Assembly: GCA_045863855.1 (NCBI GenBank)
Contig: BTVV01000123.1
Coordinates: 1 to 18,245 of the forward strand
Source: Planctomycetota bacterium
GTDB taxonomy: Bacteria > Planctomycetota > SZUA-567 > H5-PLA8
Direction of reading: 5' to 3'
Length of the DNA stretch: 18,245 nt
A program made the position numbers and the translations under genes. This document shows positions 1 to 7,954 of this stretch, piece after piece. The notes beneath the pieces are model-generated. The model was not told the DNA's origin. It did not search any database and worked only from the letters and a program-made list of their open reading frames with translations. Numbering within the stretch: position 1 is the first letter of the stretch; each line of letters begins with the position of its first letter.

Positions 1-285
1 AATGATTTCGAGTATATCGTCGAAGCGCGCAAGAAGGATGCCGCTGCGACCCAGGCAGTTGTCGACATGATGGCCTACATCACCGAATCTCCGGACCCCA
101 AATACCGCACGCAGTCCAAAAGCGTCGGCCTGTCGCCCACCAACAATCCCGAAGACTTCCTGGCAGCTCGGCTCAAACTGGCCGCGATCATCAGCGGCAA
201 CAAGAGCGCCGGGCCGGAGTTGCAGGGACGCTCAGATCGCTTTGCGCCCTGCCAAGTCCAGGACGACATCACCGGCTACGACTAA
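1..285 (+). CDS. C-terminal part of a protein that starts upstream of the window; resembles the end of DUF4091 / GH123-like proteins
   Basis: Frame 1 is open from base 1 (NDFEYIVEARKKDAAATQAVVDMM...PEDFLAARLKLAAIISG...) to TAA at 283-285. NDFEYI resembles the 'EDYEYL' motif and PEDFLAARLKLAAII resembles the terminal helix of that family. The family call is from recall only. Confidence 0.55.
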   Translation, partial: NDFEYIVEARKKDAAATQAVVDMMAYITESPDPKYRTQSKSVGLSPTNNPEDFLAARLKLAAIISGNKSAGPELQGRSDRFAPCQVQDDITGYD

Positions 286-424
286 GCGAAGTCACAACCA
301 ACCACAGAGACAGAATGCGCATAGAAGGCACAAGAGATATCCATCCATCTCTGCGCCTCGACGCCGCGCAGGAATCGTCTGCGGGCATACCGCGTCTTCA
401 ATGCAATCTCGAGGGGAGGACGAC

Positions 425-3400
425 ATGCGTGCAACAAGGGGCCCTGTAGTCTGGTCGCTCTGGCTCTGGGCGGTCCTTGTCACTGGAAGCACCTACGGGG
501 AGGAGCCTGACCTCGGATCGCCCCTGCTGCAGGCCGCCGGCATTAGAGGCGGGTTCGTCGTTTACCTGGGCTGCGCCGATGGAAAGCTCAGCCTCGCCCT
601 GACCCAGCAAGCGACTGTGTCGGTGCAAGGCTGGACGATCGACGGCACGGCCCTAGACAAAGCGCGCGCGAGTATCACCCAGACCGGCGCCTTCAAGCGG
701 ATCTCTGTCAATCTCTGGGATGGTAAGGCGCTCCCCTATGCCACTCACTTGGCCAATGCTGTCATCTGTGACCAGACCGAAAAGTTCACGCCGCCACTGC
801 AAGAGGTTCTGCGGGTGCTGGTGCCCAACGGCGTGGGATTGCTGGGTCTCTCGGCATTGCCCGCCGGTCAATCCGAGGAAACGTTGCTGGCCCAGTGGAA
901 AGCCCTGCTGAACGGCGTCGGTATCACTGAGGTGCAGGTCGTGAAGCAGGAGGGGCTGTGGCTGTGCTTCAACAAGCCCAAACCGGCTGAATTTGACGAG
1001 TGGCCCTATTGGCGGCGTGCTCCCGACGGCAATAACGTCTCCCAGGATCGTGTTGCTGGCGTGCCCGGCCGGCTCAAGTGGATCGACGGCCCCAGCACCC
1101 ATGCCCTGGCCATCCGCGACCAGGCGCTGCGCTCCGCCGGTGGACGGCTGTTTGTGGTGGCCGAGGAGTCCGAACCGGCCATTCACGGCCCGGTGCGGCC
1201 CAGGCTTTCGGCACGGGACGCGTACAACGGCCTGGTGCTGTGGAAGCGCGAACTGCCGTCCTTTTACACCGACAAACCTGAAGCGAATTTCCCCAATTAC
1301 CTGTTTCCGGCCAAAGCATTCTTTGCCACAGCCGAGCGCCTCTACGTGGTCCTAGATAAAAACGGCCCGCTCGTCGCCCTGGATGCAGCCAGCGGCAAGA
1401 GTGTTCTGGAGTACAAAGAAGGCGGCGCGGCGCGGTTGGCCATGTTGCTGGGTACACTCCTGATCGTATCCGACGGCGGCTGCGTGCGGGCACTGGATGT
1501 GAAAACGGGCGCTCTCCTGTGGAAGACCGATATTGCGGTGCGAAGCGCCGAGGAGACACTCGCCGACTGGCTGGCCGACGACGAGCGCATCATCCTCGCC
1601 GAAAACAGCGATTGCGTGGCGCTGGAGATAAAGACCGGCAAGCAACTGTGGCGCACCCCGGTGCCCAGTCTCAACGATCTGTGCTTTGTCTGCGAAGGTG
1701 TCCTCGGTGTGCGTAACGCCCGGGGCGGCAAGGCCTTGGCATTGTCGGCACAGACCGGCGAGCTGCTGTGGAATTACAGCTACGACTCCACAGAAGGAGG
1801 GCGGCGCGGCTGGCGTTTCAGTCCGGACTTCGTATTGGACGGTCTGTACTGGGTTCACGCGCTCCCCAACGCGCAGGAAGCCGCGGCCGGCTTCGCGGCC
1901 AGTTTCGTCGGGTTGGACCTGAAAACCGGCGCGGAGAAACGCCGCCTGCCGCATAAGGATGTCAATGGCTCCTGCACCCCCTGGGCCTTCACTCCGAGCG
2001 TCTGCCTGATGGGCAAGCGCGACTACCTGAACTTCTCCACCGGCGCCGGAGGCGAGTTCGATCTGACCCGAAACACCTGTGGCATCGGTTTTCTGCTGGG
2101 CAACGGACTGCTCTACAACCTGCCGATTGGCTGTCTGTGTGTCACCGCGCTCAGGGGCGTCATGGCTACCGAACCGGCGGAAAGCTTCACCCCGGACCCG
2201 CTCGATGACCCAAGGCGCTCTGTCAAAGGAACGGCGTTTGGACAGGTCGCGGCAGATACTGACCCGCCCCGCGGTGAAGCCTGGCCCATCTACCGTTCGG
2301 ATCCCCAACGCAACGGTTATTCACCGACCGAGGTTCCTAGCGACATCAAGCAACTCTGGCACCTGGATTTCAAGACGGCGATCACCGCCCCGGTGGTCTC
2401 CGGCGGCCGTGTATACCTGGCCGCTCGCGACGCCAATCAGGTGCTGGCAGTCGATATCGAATCTCAGCGCACCGTCTGGATCTTCACGGTGGAAGGCTGC
2501 GTGGATACGCCACCGACCCTCTATCAGGGGCTGTGTCTATTCGGTACGCGCGCTGGCTGGGTCTATGCGCTTCGCGCTAGTGACGGGGCGTTGGCCTGGA
2601 AATTCCGCGCTGCGCCGAAAGAGCACTGGATCATGGCTTACGGACGGCCTGAGTCATCCTGGCCTGTGCACGGCACCGTACTGGTTCATCAGGGGCTTGC
2701 GTTTATCGCCGCCGGCCGGCACTCGGACGCCGAAGGCGGCATATGGGTCTACGCTCTGGAGCCTCAGAGCGGCAAGCTGGTGTGGGCGAAGAATCATTGC
2801 AGCGGCTGCCCCAGTTACCGAGTGGACTTGGACACGGGTCAGATACTGGATGAGCATGAGGCTTCGTGCAACGCGGATGTGCGTCCGACGGCAAGCGCAG
2901 GCGGCGGCCGGGCGCGCGATATCCTGATGGATGACATCCTCGTCGCCGACGGTGATTGCGTGGCGATGCGTTACTGGTGCTTTGACGTCAAGGACGGCCG
3001 CAGCGCCTACAAAGGGGGCGCACGATTCACGGTCCTGCGTCCGGGTGCCGGCATGATCATGGAGACTTCTTACGCTCAACATTCATCCGCGGGCGCCTAC
3101 AGCGGCTGGAATGCCCACGGCGCCTTCGGAGTCATGCTGGTCAGCGATGGCGACAAGGCGGTGTTCGGCTTCACCAATCCCAAACCGCTGGGAGCGGGTA
3201 TCAAACTCTTTGGTGAACCGGGCAAGTTCAAGAATGCAGTGGCGGGCCTGCGCAGCAAGGCGCTGGCGCTGACCGGGTCCGTGCTGTGGGTCGGCGGTTT
3301 CGATGAACGCGTGAAGCCGGGACAAAACCCCTGGGCCGCCTGGGACGGAGAAAACGGTGGGTGTGTAGCCGCCTTTTCAACCCTCGACGGCTTGGAGAAG

Positions 3401-3508
3401 GCGCGACTGCCGCTGTCCGCCATCCCCGTGTGGGACGGCATGGCCGCCGCGGGCGGCAGGCTTTTTGTTGTCACCAAAGACGGAAAACTGACCTGTTTCG
3501 GAAAGTAG
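425..3508 (+). CDS. Secreted PQQ-binding-like beta-propeller repeat protein with an N-terminal class I SAM-methyltransferase-like domain (1027 aa)
   Basis: Strong RBS GGGGAGGA (413-420) before ATG 425, so the 242 start in the track is probably over-extended. Signal-peptide-like N-terminus (MRATRGPVVWSLWLWAVLVTGSTYG). Methyltransferase-like motifs VVYLGCADGKL, LPYATHLANAVI and EVLRVLVPNG. Many PQQ-type repeats (ARDAYNGLVLWK, ALDVKTGALLWK, ALEIKTGKQLWR, ALRASDGALAWKF). Typical end PVWDGMAAAGGRLFVVTKDGKLTCFGK. Confidence 0.9.
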   Translation: MRATRGPVVWSLWLWAVLVTGSTYGEEPDLGSPLLQAAGIRGGFVVYLGCADGKLSLALTQQATVSVQGWTIDGTALDKARASITQTGAFKRISVNLWDGKALPYATHLANAVICDQTEKFTPPLQEVLRVLVPNGVGLLGLSALPAGQSEETLLAQWKALLNGVGITEVQVVKQEGLWLCFNKPKPAEFDEWPYWRRAPDGNNVSQDRVAGVPGRLKWIDGPSTHALAIRDQALRSAGGRLFVVAEESEPAIHGPVRPRLSARDAYNGLVLWKRELPSFYTDKPEANFPNYLFPAKAFFATAERLYVVLDKNGPLVALDAASGKSVLEYKEGGAARLAMLLGTLLIVSDGGCVRALDVKTGALLWKTDIAVRSAEETLADWLADDERIILAENSDCVALEIKTGKQLWRTPVPSLNDLCFVCEGVLGVRNARGGKALALSAQTGELLWNYSYDSTEGGRRGWRFSPDFVLDGLYWVHALPNAQEAAAGFAASFVGLDLKTGAEKRRLPHKDVNGSCTPWAFTPSVCLMGKRDYLNFSTGAGGEFDLTRNTCGIGFLLGNGLLYNLPIGCLCVTALRGVMATEPAESFTPDPLDDPRRSVKGTAFGQVAADTDPPRGEAWPIYRSDPQRNGYSPTEVPSDIKQLWHLDFKTAITAPVVSGGRVYLAARDANQVLAVDIESQRTVWIFTVEGCVDTPPTLYQGLCLFGTRAGWVYALRASDGALAWKFRAAPKEHWIMAYGRPESSWPVHGTVLVHQGLAFIAAGRHSDAEGGIWVYALEPQSGKLVWAKNHCSGCPSYRVDLDTGQILDEHEASCNADVRPTASAGGGRARDILMDDILVADGDCVAMRYWCFDVKDGRSAYKGGARFTVLRPGAGMIMETSYAQHSSAGAYSGWNAHGAFGVMLVSDGDKAVFGFTNPKPLGAGIKLFGEPGKFKNAVAGLRSKALALTGSVLWVGGFDERVKPGQNPWAAWDGENGGCVAAFSTLDGLEKARLPLSAIPVWDGMAAAGGRLFVVTKDGKLTCFGK

Positions 3509-3582
3509 AAAGCCATGACCTATACAGCTGGCTGGGGACTATTCCTGCTTGCCACCGACATGCTTGCCGACTGAAGCATGGC

Positions 3583-3767
3583 TTAAGCTATCTCTGCCCT
3601 TAGCAGGTCCGTCAGAGTCTTGGCGGTCTCCGGAACTGTGGCTGCAAGGGTCTTTTGTTCGGCAATGTCCTCGGCCAAGTCATAGAGATCTTTGTCGCCG
3701 TCCGGTTCTCCTTGCTCCAACCGCCCACCGGTGACCAGCAGCTTCCACGGGTCATTCGGACTACGAC
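3583..3767 (-). pseudogene. Remnant of an arylsulfatase C-terminus
   Basis: The minus strand reads VVVR, a frameshift near 3755, then DPWKLL...DLYDLAEDIAEQKTLAATVPETAKTLTDLL. This matches the sulfatase C-terminal pattern A[IV]RxGxWKL...LYDLxxDxxExxNLAxxxP. No N-terminal catalytic region (CxPSR) is present. Confidence 0.75.
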
Positions 3768-3894
3768 CTGATTTGTGACCACCGGAAAAGGGGCTTGTAT
3801 GGGGATATGACAAGGGCCCCAGCGCGCTGAAGTAGGTTGCCACAAGATCGGCGCGCCCTTAGCGTTGTAGTCCCCATGAATTGCCTGAGGGACT

Positions 3895-5367
3895 ATGGTC
3901 AGCGATGGGCGAGCCTTACAGCGTGCGATCGGCTGGTGCTCGCATCCCCTAATCTACCGCCGCATCTGCCGCCGGGTGGACTGGAATTGGCGGCCGCCTG
4001 ACGTCACAAGTTCTCTGCTGCGTGAAATGCGGCGGCGCAGCACCCCCTTGGCACTGGTGCCGGTGGCCTACCGCGAGCTGGCGGAACTGGCCGCCAAAGG
4101 CGTTCCCGCGCCGCTGGATGACGTTTTTCCGGCCGCTTTCGTCAATCAGCACGCAGCTCTGACTCTCGACCTCTGCCGCCAAAATGGACGACTGCTGGCA
4201 CTGCCCGACGATGTCCAGATTTTCTGCTTGGCGCTCCGCCTGGACTTGCTTAGGAAGCTGCATCTGCAACCCCCGGCCACTTGGGGGGAATTGGAGACGC
4301 TGGCGCGAGTCCTGTGCCAGCGCTTCAAACGACCCATGATCGGTCTGCCCGGCGGCACGGACAGCCATCGACTGGCCTTTGTGCTGTCACTGTTGGGCTC
4401 GGCCGGAGCAGACCCCAGCGCTGCACTGGACACGCTGTTGCTCATGCCGGACGCCACTGCGAGGGCCTTTGCCTGGTGCTCGCGTCTTTTGCGCGAAGGG
4501 CTGCTACGCTGCGTACAGGTGCCTGCACAGGCCGAGCCGTCTGCTTCCGGGCTGCTGCTCAGCGACGAACTGGTTGGCTACTTTGTCTGGCCGGCACAGA
4601 TCGCCAACTGGCTGCCCGAGCAGCAGCGGCTGGTGAAGCTCGTTCCCTTTCCGCGAGCTCCGGGTGTCGAGAACCGCTATAGTATTTGCCACGGCCGCGC
4701 CTGGATTGTTCCCGCCAACAGCGCTGGGACTGAGGCGGCTTTCGCGACACTGCACGGACTTAAACAGCCCGCCGCAATTCGGAAACTGGAAGCCGCAGGC
4801 GGGTACGCATTCCCGGCCTGGATGCCGGCTTGGCATGACCCGCTGGTACTGCGTTCGCGTCCTCTGTACCGCGCGGCAGCCGAGCTGTTTAAAGGGTGTG
4901 GCCGCAGTCTGGCGCCGACGGTGGACCACCCCCGCTTCAGGGAATTGCTTGAACTGTTCAATGCAGGCATGCAGGGCGAGCTCAATGCCGATGAATGGCT
5001 GCGACGGCTGCCCCAACGCCGCCTGGACGTCTGCGGCAGGATCGTCCGCCGGCGCGAAGTACACCAGGCCATCGCCTACATCGAGCAACACTTGCTGGAT
5101 ATCCACAGCGTCAATCAGATTGCTGCGGCCGTAGAGCTCAGCACCGACCACCTTAATCGTCTGTTCCAGGCCGAACTGCAGTCCAGTTGCGGGGTCTATC
5201 TGCGGCGCAGGCGACTTGAGAAGGCCAGGGATTTACTGCTTCATTCCGAGCTATCGATCAAAGAGGTCGCCTGGCGCATGGGCTTTCACGGCGCTGCGTC
5301 TTTCTCTCGCGCCTTCAGGCGTCAGTTTGGCCAGTGCCCCTCGTCAGTTCTGCGCCCATCCCATTAG
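3895..5367 (+). CDS. AraC-family transcriptional regulator with an N-terminal sugar solute-binding-protein-like domain
   Basis: C-terminal double HTH (AIAYIEQHL...QIAAAVELSTDHLNRLFQAEL...RRRRLEKARDLLLHSELSIKEVAWRMGFHGAASFSRAFRRQFGQCPS). The N-terminal part has ABC sugar-binding motifs (PLDD, NGRLLALP, RLDLLRKLHLQPPATWGEL, PFPRAPG, GRAWIVPANS). No signal peptide. The exact start is uncertain because the RBS spacing is short. Confidence 0.85.
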   Translation: MVSDGRALQRAIGWCSHPLIYRRICRRVDWNWRPPDVTSSLLREMRRRSTPLALVPVAYRELAELAAKGVPAPLDDVFPAAFVNQHAALTLDLCRQNGRLLALPDDVQIFCLALRLDLLRKLHLQPPATWGELETLARVLCQRFKRPMIGLPGGTDSHRLAFVLSLLGSAGADPSAALDTLLLMPDATARAFAWCSRLLREGLLRCVQVPAQAEPSASGLLLSDELVGYFVWPAQIANWLPEQQRLVKLVPFPRAPGVENRYSICHGRAWIVPANSAGTEAAFATLHGLKQPAAIRKLEAAGGYAFPAWMPAWHDPLVLRSRPLYRAAAELFKGCGRSLAPTVDHPRFRELLELFNAGMQGELNADEWLRRLPQRRLDVCGRIVRRREVHQAIAYIEQHLLDIHSVNQIAAAVELSTDHLNRLFQAELQSSCGVYLRRRRLEKARDLLLHSELSIKEVAWRMGFHGAASFSRAFRRQFGQCPSSVLRPSH

Positions 5368-5387
5368 CAGCCCTTCTCGGATCGCAT

Positions 5388-5463
5388 TTGCGGTTTTCGG
5401 CAAACTCTTGTCGAAATCTGAACGGCGATGAAACCGCGATTACACGCGCACGTGGCGTATACT
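5388..5463 (+). promoter_or_regulatory. Possible activator-dependent promoter for the downstream genes
   Basis: TATACT -10-like hexamer at 5458-5463 with no good -35. Upstream is a weak direct repeat with 20-nt spacing (TTGCGGTTTTCGGCAA at 5388, TTGTCGAAATCTGAAC at 5408), the kind of tandem site AraC proteins use. Similarity is low. Confidence 0.25.
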
Positions 5464-5511
5464 GCACTAAGCGAGTGCTTACCTCGCACACAGGAAAACA
5501 AAGAGACAGCC

Positions 5512-5973
5512 ATGTTAAGGAACTTATGCGGCGTTGTTATCTGTATCGGACTGGTTATTCAGCTGAGCACCTACCCGCTGATAGCGGCGGAAGGAAAACC
5601 CGCGCTGAAGATCGAAGTCGATGGGAACGGAGTGGACAAACGCGCCAGCTTGCGCCTGCGTAAGGGCAGCGTGTTGGCCGTTGCCAAGACTGTTAAGTTC
5701 GACTTGTTCCCGGACAAGGATGAGGCGCTCAAGAAACTGGGTACGCTGCGTATCAAGTCCAGCACCACCGACAAAAAGAACGCTGGCACCGAACTGACAC
5801 TGCAGAAGGGGGCCAACGGTATCGAAGCGGATCTCTATAGCATCAGCAATGCTACGCTCAGCGAAATCACGCTCACGATTGACAGCCTGGACGGCAAGAT
5901 CGCGGTCTATCTGGACTACTTCCGAACAGTGAAGTGGCGGGCACGACGGGGTTCGAGCATGGCGCTACCCTGA
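5512..5973 (+). CDS. Small secreted hypothetical protein (153 aa), predicted beta-rich
   Basis: ATG 5512 follows the purine-rich AAAGAGACAG and begins a signal-peptide-like segment (MLRNLCGVVICIGLVIQLSTYPLIA). The mature part is Lys/Thr-rich with alternating strand patterns and ends ...ITLTIDSLDGKIAVYLDYFR. Alternative start at 5428. Confidence 0.7.
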   Translation: MLRNLCGVVICIGLVIQLSTYPLIAAEGKPALKIEVDGNGVDKRASLRLRKGSVLAVAKTVKFDLFPDKDEALKKLGTLRIKSSTTDKKNAGTELTLQKGANGIEADLYSISNATLSEITLTIDSLDGKIAVYLDYFRTVKWRARRGSSMALP

Positions 5974-6044
5974 CCGCCTAAGCTTGGAGTTGGCGATAGT
6001 CCATTGAGGCGTTCGCCCTTGTAGACAACGTAAGGAACGATGAC

Positions 6045-7940
6045 ATGAAACAGCTTGGGCAGGTTGCCATTGGCAGCTCTGAGTTGATCGTAACCATCGA
6101 TCCGGCGCAAGCGGTCTTCGACGTGCGCCAGCGGCGCAGCGGCACACAGTGGTTAATGGATCGCTCAGATCGGCGTGACTTGGTACTGCAGCGGATGGAT
6201 GGCAAAGAGTTGACCGTCTCGCTGGCCGATGCGCGGGCGCGTCAAGGCGGAGCGCTGTCCCCCAGCGAAGCGCGGCTGGAGTACAGTGACTTTCGTGGAC
6301 TGGATTCCCCGATCGCTGTGACGGTCAGCTTGAGTGTGGTAGGGCCGGAGCTAAACATTGAGTTGACTGTGCGCGATACGGATCCGCGTTACCGCTTTGA
6401 TTCGCTGTACTATCCGCGCTCGTTCGTCTTGCCGCCGCGAGAGGCCTACTGGCTATTTCCTTTTCATGGCGGCGCATTGCTCCCCTCGAACCATCGGGTT
6501 CAGATCGGTGGGCGTTCAGGCTGGAAGCCGAGCCTGAAGTGTCACGGGGCGGTGCAGAAGCACTCGGGCTTTCTGTGCCTGTGGGAGACGCCTTGGGACA
6601 TCTACCTCGGCCACCAGAACAGCCCGCGTGAGGGCCCGCGTCTGGTCCCGCGTCTGCTGTCCTCGCTGGGGCGCTTCGGGTACAGCCGCCGGCTGCGCTT
6701 TGTGTTTCGTGAAAAGACCAACTACGCGGATCTGATCCGCTCAGTCTACCGCCCCTGGGCGGAGCGGCGCGGCTATGTGCGCACGCTGCAGCAGAAGACG
6801 GCCGAAAACCCGCGGGTGCGGGACCTAAGCGGAGGCATGATTCTGCACCAGCTGATCGCCACCGTCGACCGGCGGAATCTCTCACGCAAGGTGGTCAGTT
6901 TCCAAACCGCCGGGCAGCTGGCTGAACGCATTATTCGGGAGACCGGTGTGCGCAAAGGCTGCTATCATCTAGATGGCTGGTGCCGGCAAGGGTACGATGC
7001 GCTGCACCCGGACGTGTTTCCGCCACTGGCCGAGGCCGGTGGTGAAGCAGGCATGGTCGAACTGTCGCGCCGCGTCCGCCGCCTAGGCCTGCACTTCGGA
7101 CTGCATGACAACTACTTGCTGTTTTTCCCGGATGCCGAGCGCTACCGGGACTGGCACGCCGTCTGGGGCCCGGACCTGTCCCCGGTGCGCGACCAGTTTC
7201 GTGCCGGCGGCATGAACTTCGTCGCCTCTCCACCGGCGGCCCGCGAGTTTTTGATCGCCAACTATCTGTCCGGGCAGAACCTCCTCCGCCGTCGCTGGTC
7301 GCCCGCTGGCAAGACCTACTCACTGGGCTTCTGTTACCTGGACCAGTACCTGCTCTCCGGCGGCTCGGTTGAGGAAGACTTTAACCCCGCACATCGCCTG
7401 ACGCGTGAACAGTTCGGTCTAGGGATGATCGAGAACATCCGCATCATGCGCGAGGACGTGGGCTGTATCACCAGCAGCGAGCACATGTATGACTTCGGTG
7501 TGCCGTGGTTCGACGTCAACGGAAATCGCGGCGGACTGATGCCACCGCTGGAGGGCGACGGCTGCATTCCGGCGCCCTTGTGGAACCTGGCTTTCCACGA
7601 ATGCCTCGTGGTCACTAATTCGACCGACACGCCCGCAGACTTCGCCCTCGCCGGACTGACCGGCGCCTTAATACATTACCGTCACGGCTACAGGGATACT
7701 GAGGAAATGCTCAGCAGAACGATCGGCCATATCCAGGCCGCCGCTCCGTTGCGCCGGCTGCATGAGGAAGTGATGTATCGGCCCTGCACGGGCTCGCGCC
7801 TGCTGAGCGCCGATGGAATGCGGCAGGAAGCCGACTTCGATGGCATTACGGTCGCAGCGGATTTGGGGCGCGGCAAGCTGGATGTCGAAGGCTCCAAACG
7901 CGCCAATGGCCATTTCGACTTCAGCCGGATCGAGTGTTGA
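6045..7940 (+). CDS. Glycoside hydrolase, GH129 / DUF5696-like (GH101-related barrel)
   Basis: Motifs YHLDGWCRQGYDALHPDVFPP..EAGG..GM, FGLHDNY, YLDQY, E..NPAHRLTRE, TSSEH..D..VP and PAPLWNLAFHEC are collinear with GH129 enzymes such as Bifidobacterium NagBb as I recall them. RBS AAGGA upstream. No signal peptide. Confidence 0.8.
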   Translation: MKQLGQVAIGSSELIVTIDPAQAVFDVRQRRSGTQWLMDRSDRRDLVLQRMDGKELTVSLADARARQGGALSPSEARLEYSDFRGLDSPIAVTVSLSVVGPELNIELTVRDTDPRYRFDSLYYPRSFVLPPREAYWLFPFHGGALLPSNHRVQIGGRSGWKPSLKCHGAVQKHSGFLCLWETPWDIYLGHQNSPREGPRLVPRLLSSLGRFGYSRRLRFVFREKTNYADLIRSVYRPWAERRGYVRTLQQKTAENPRVRDLSGGMILHQLIATVDRRNLSRKVVSFQTAGQLAERIIRETGVRKGCYHLDGWCRQGYDALHPDVFPPLAEAGGEAGMVELSRRVRRLGLHFGLHDNYLLFFPDAERYRDWHAVWGPDLSPVRDQFRAGGMNFVASPPAAREFLIANYLSGQNLLRRRWSPAGKTYSLGFCYLDQYLLSGGSVEEDFNPAHRLTREQFGLGMIENIRIMREDVGCITSSEHMYDFGVPWFDVNGNRGGLMPPLEGDGCIPAPLWNLAFHECLVVTNSTDTPADFALAGLTGALIHYRHGYRDTEEMLSRTIGHIQAAAPLRRLHEEVMYRPCTGSRLLSADGMRQEADFDGITVAADLGRGKLDVEGSKRANGHFDFSRIEC

Positions 7941-7954
7941 CAGAGGAGTAAGCA

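Noticed and set aside
242..424. N-terminal extension of the propeller ORF
   Set aside because: It overlaps the upstream gene and hairpin region. The strong RBS and signal peptide point to ATG 425.
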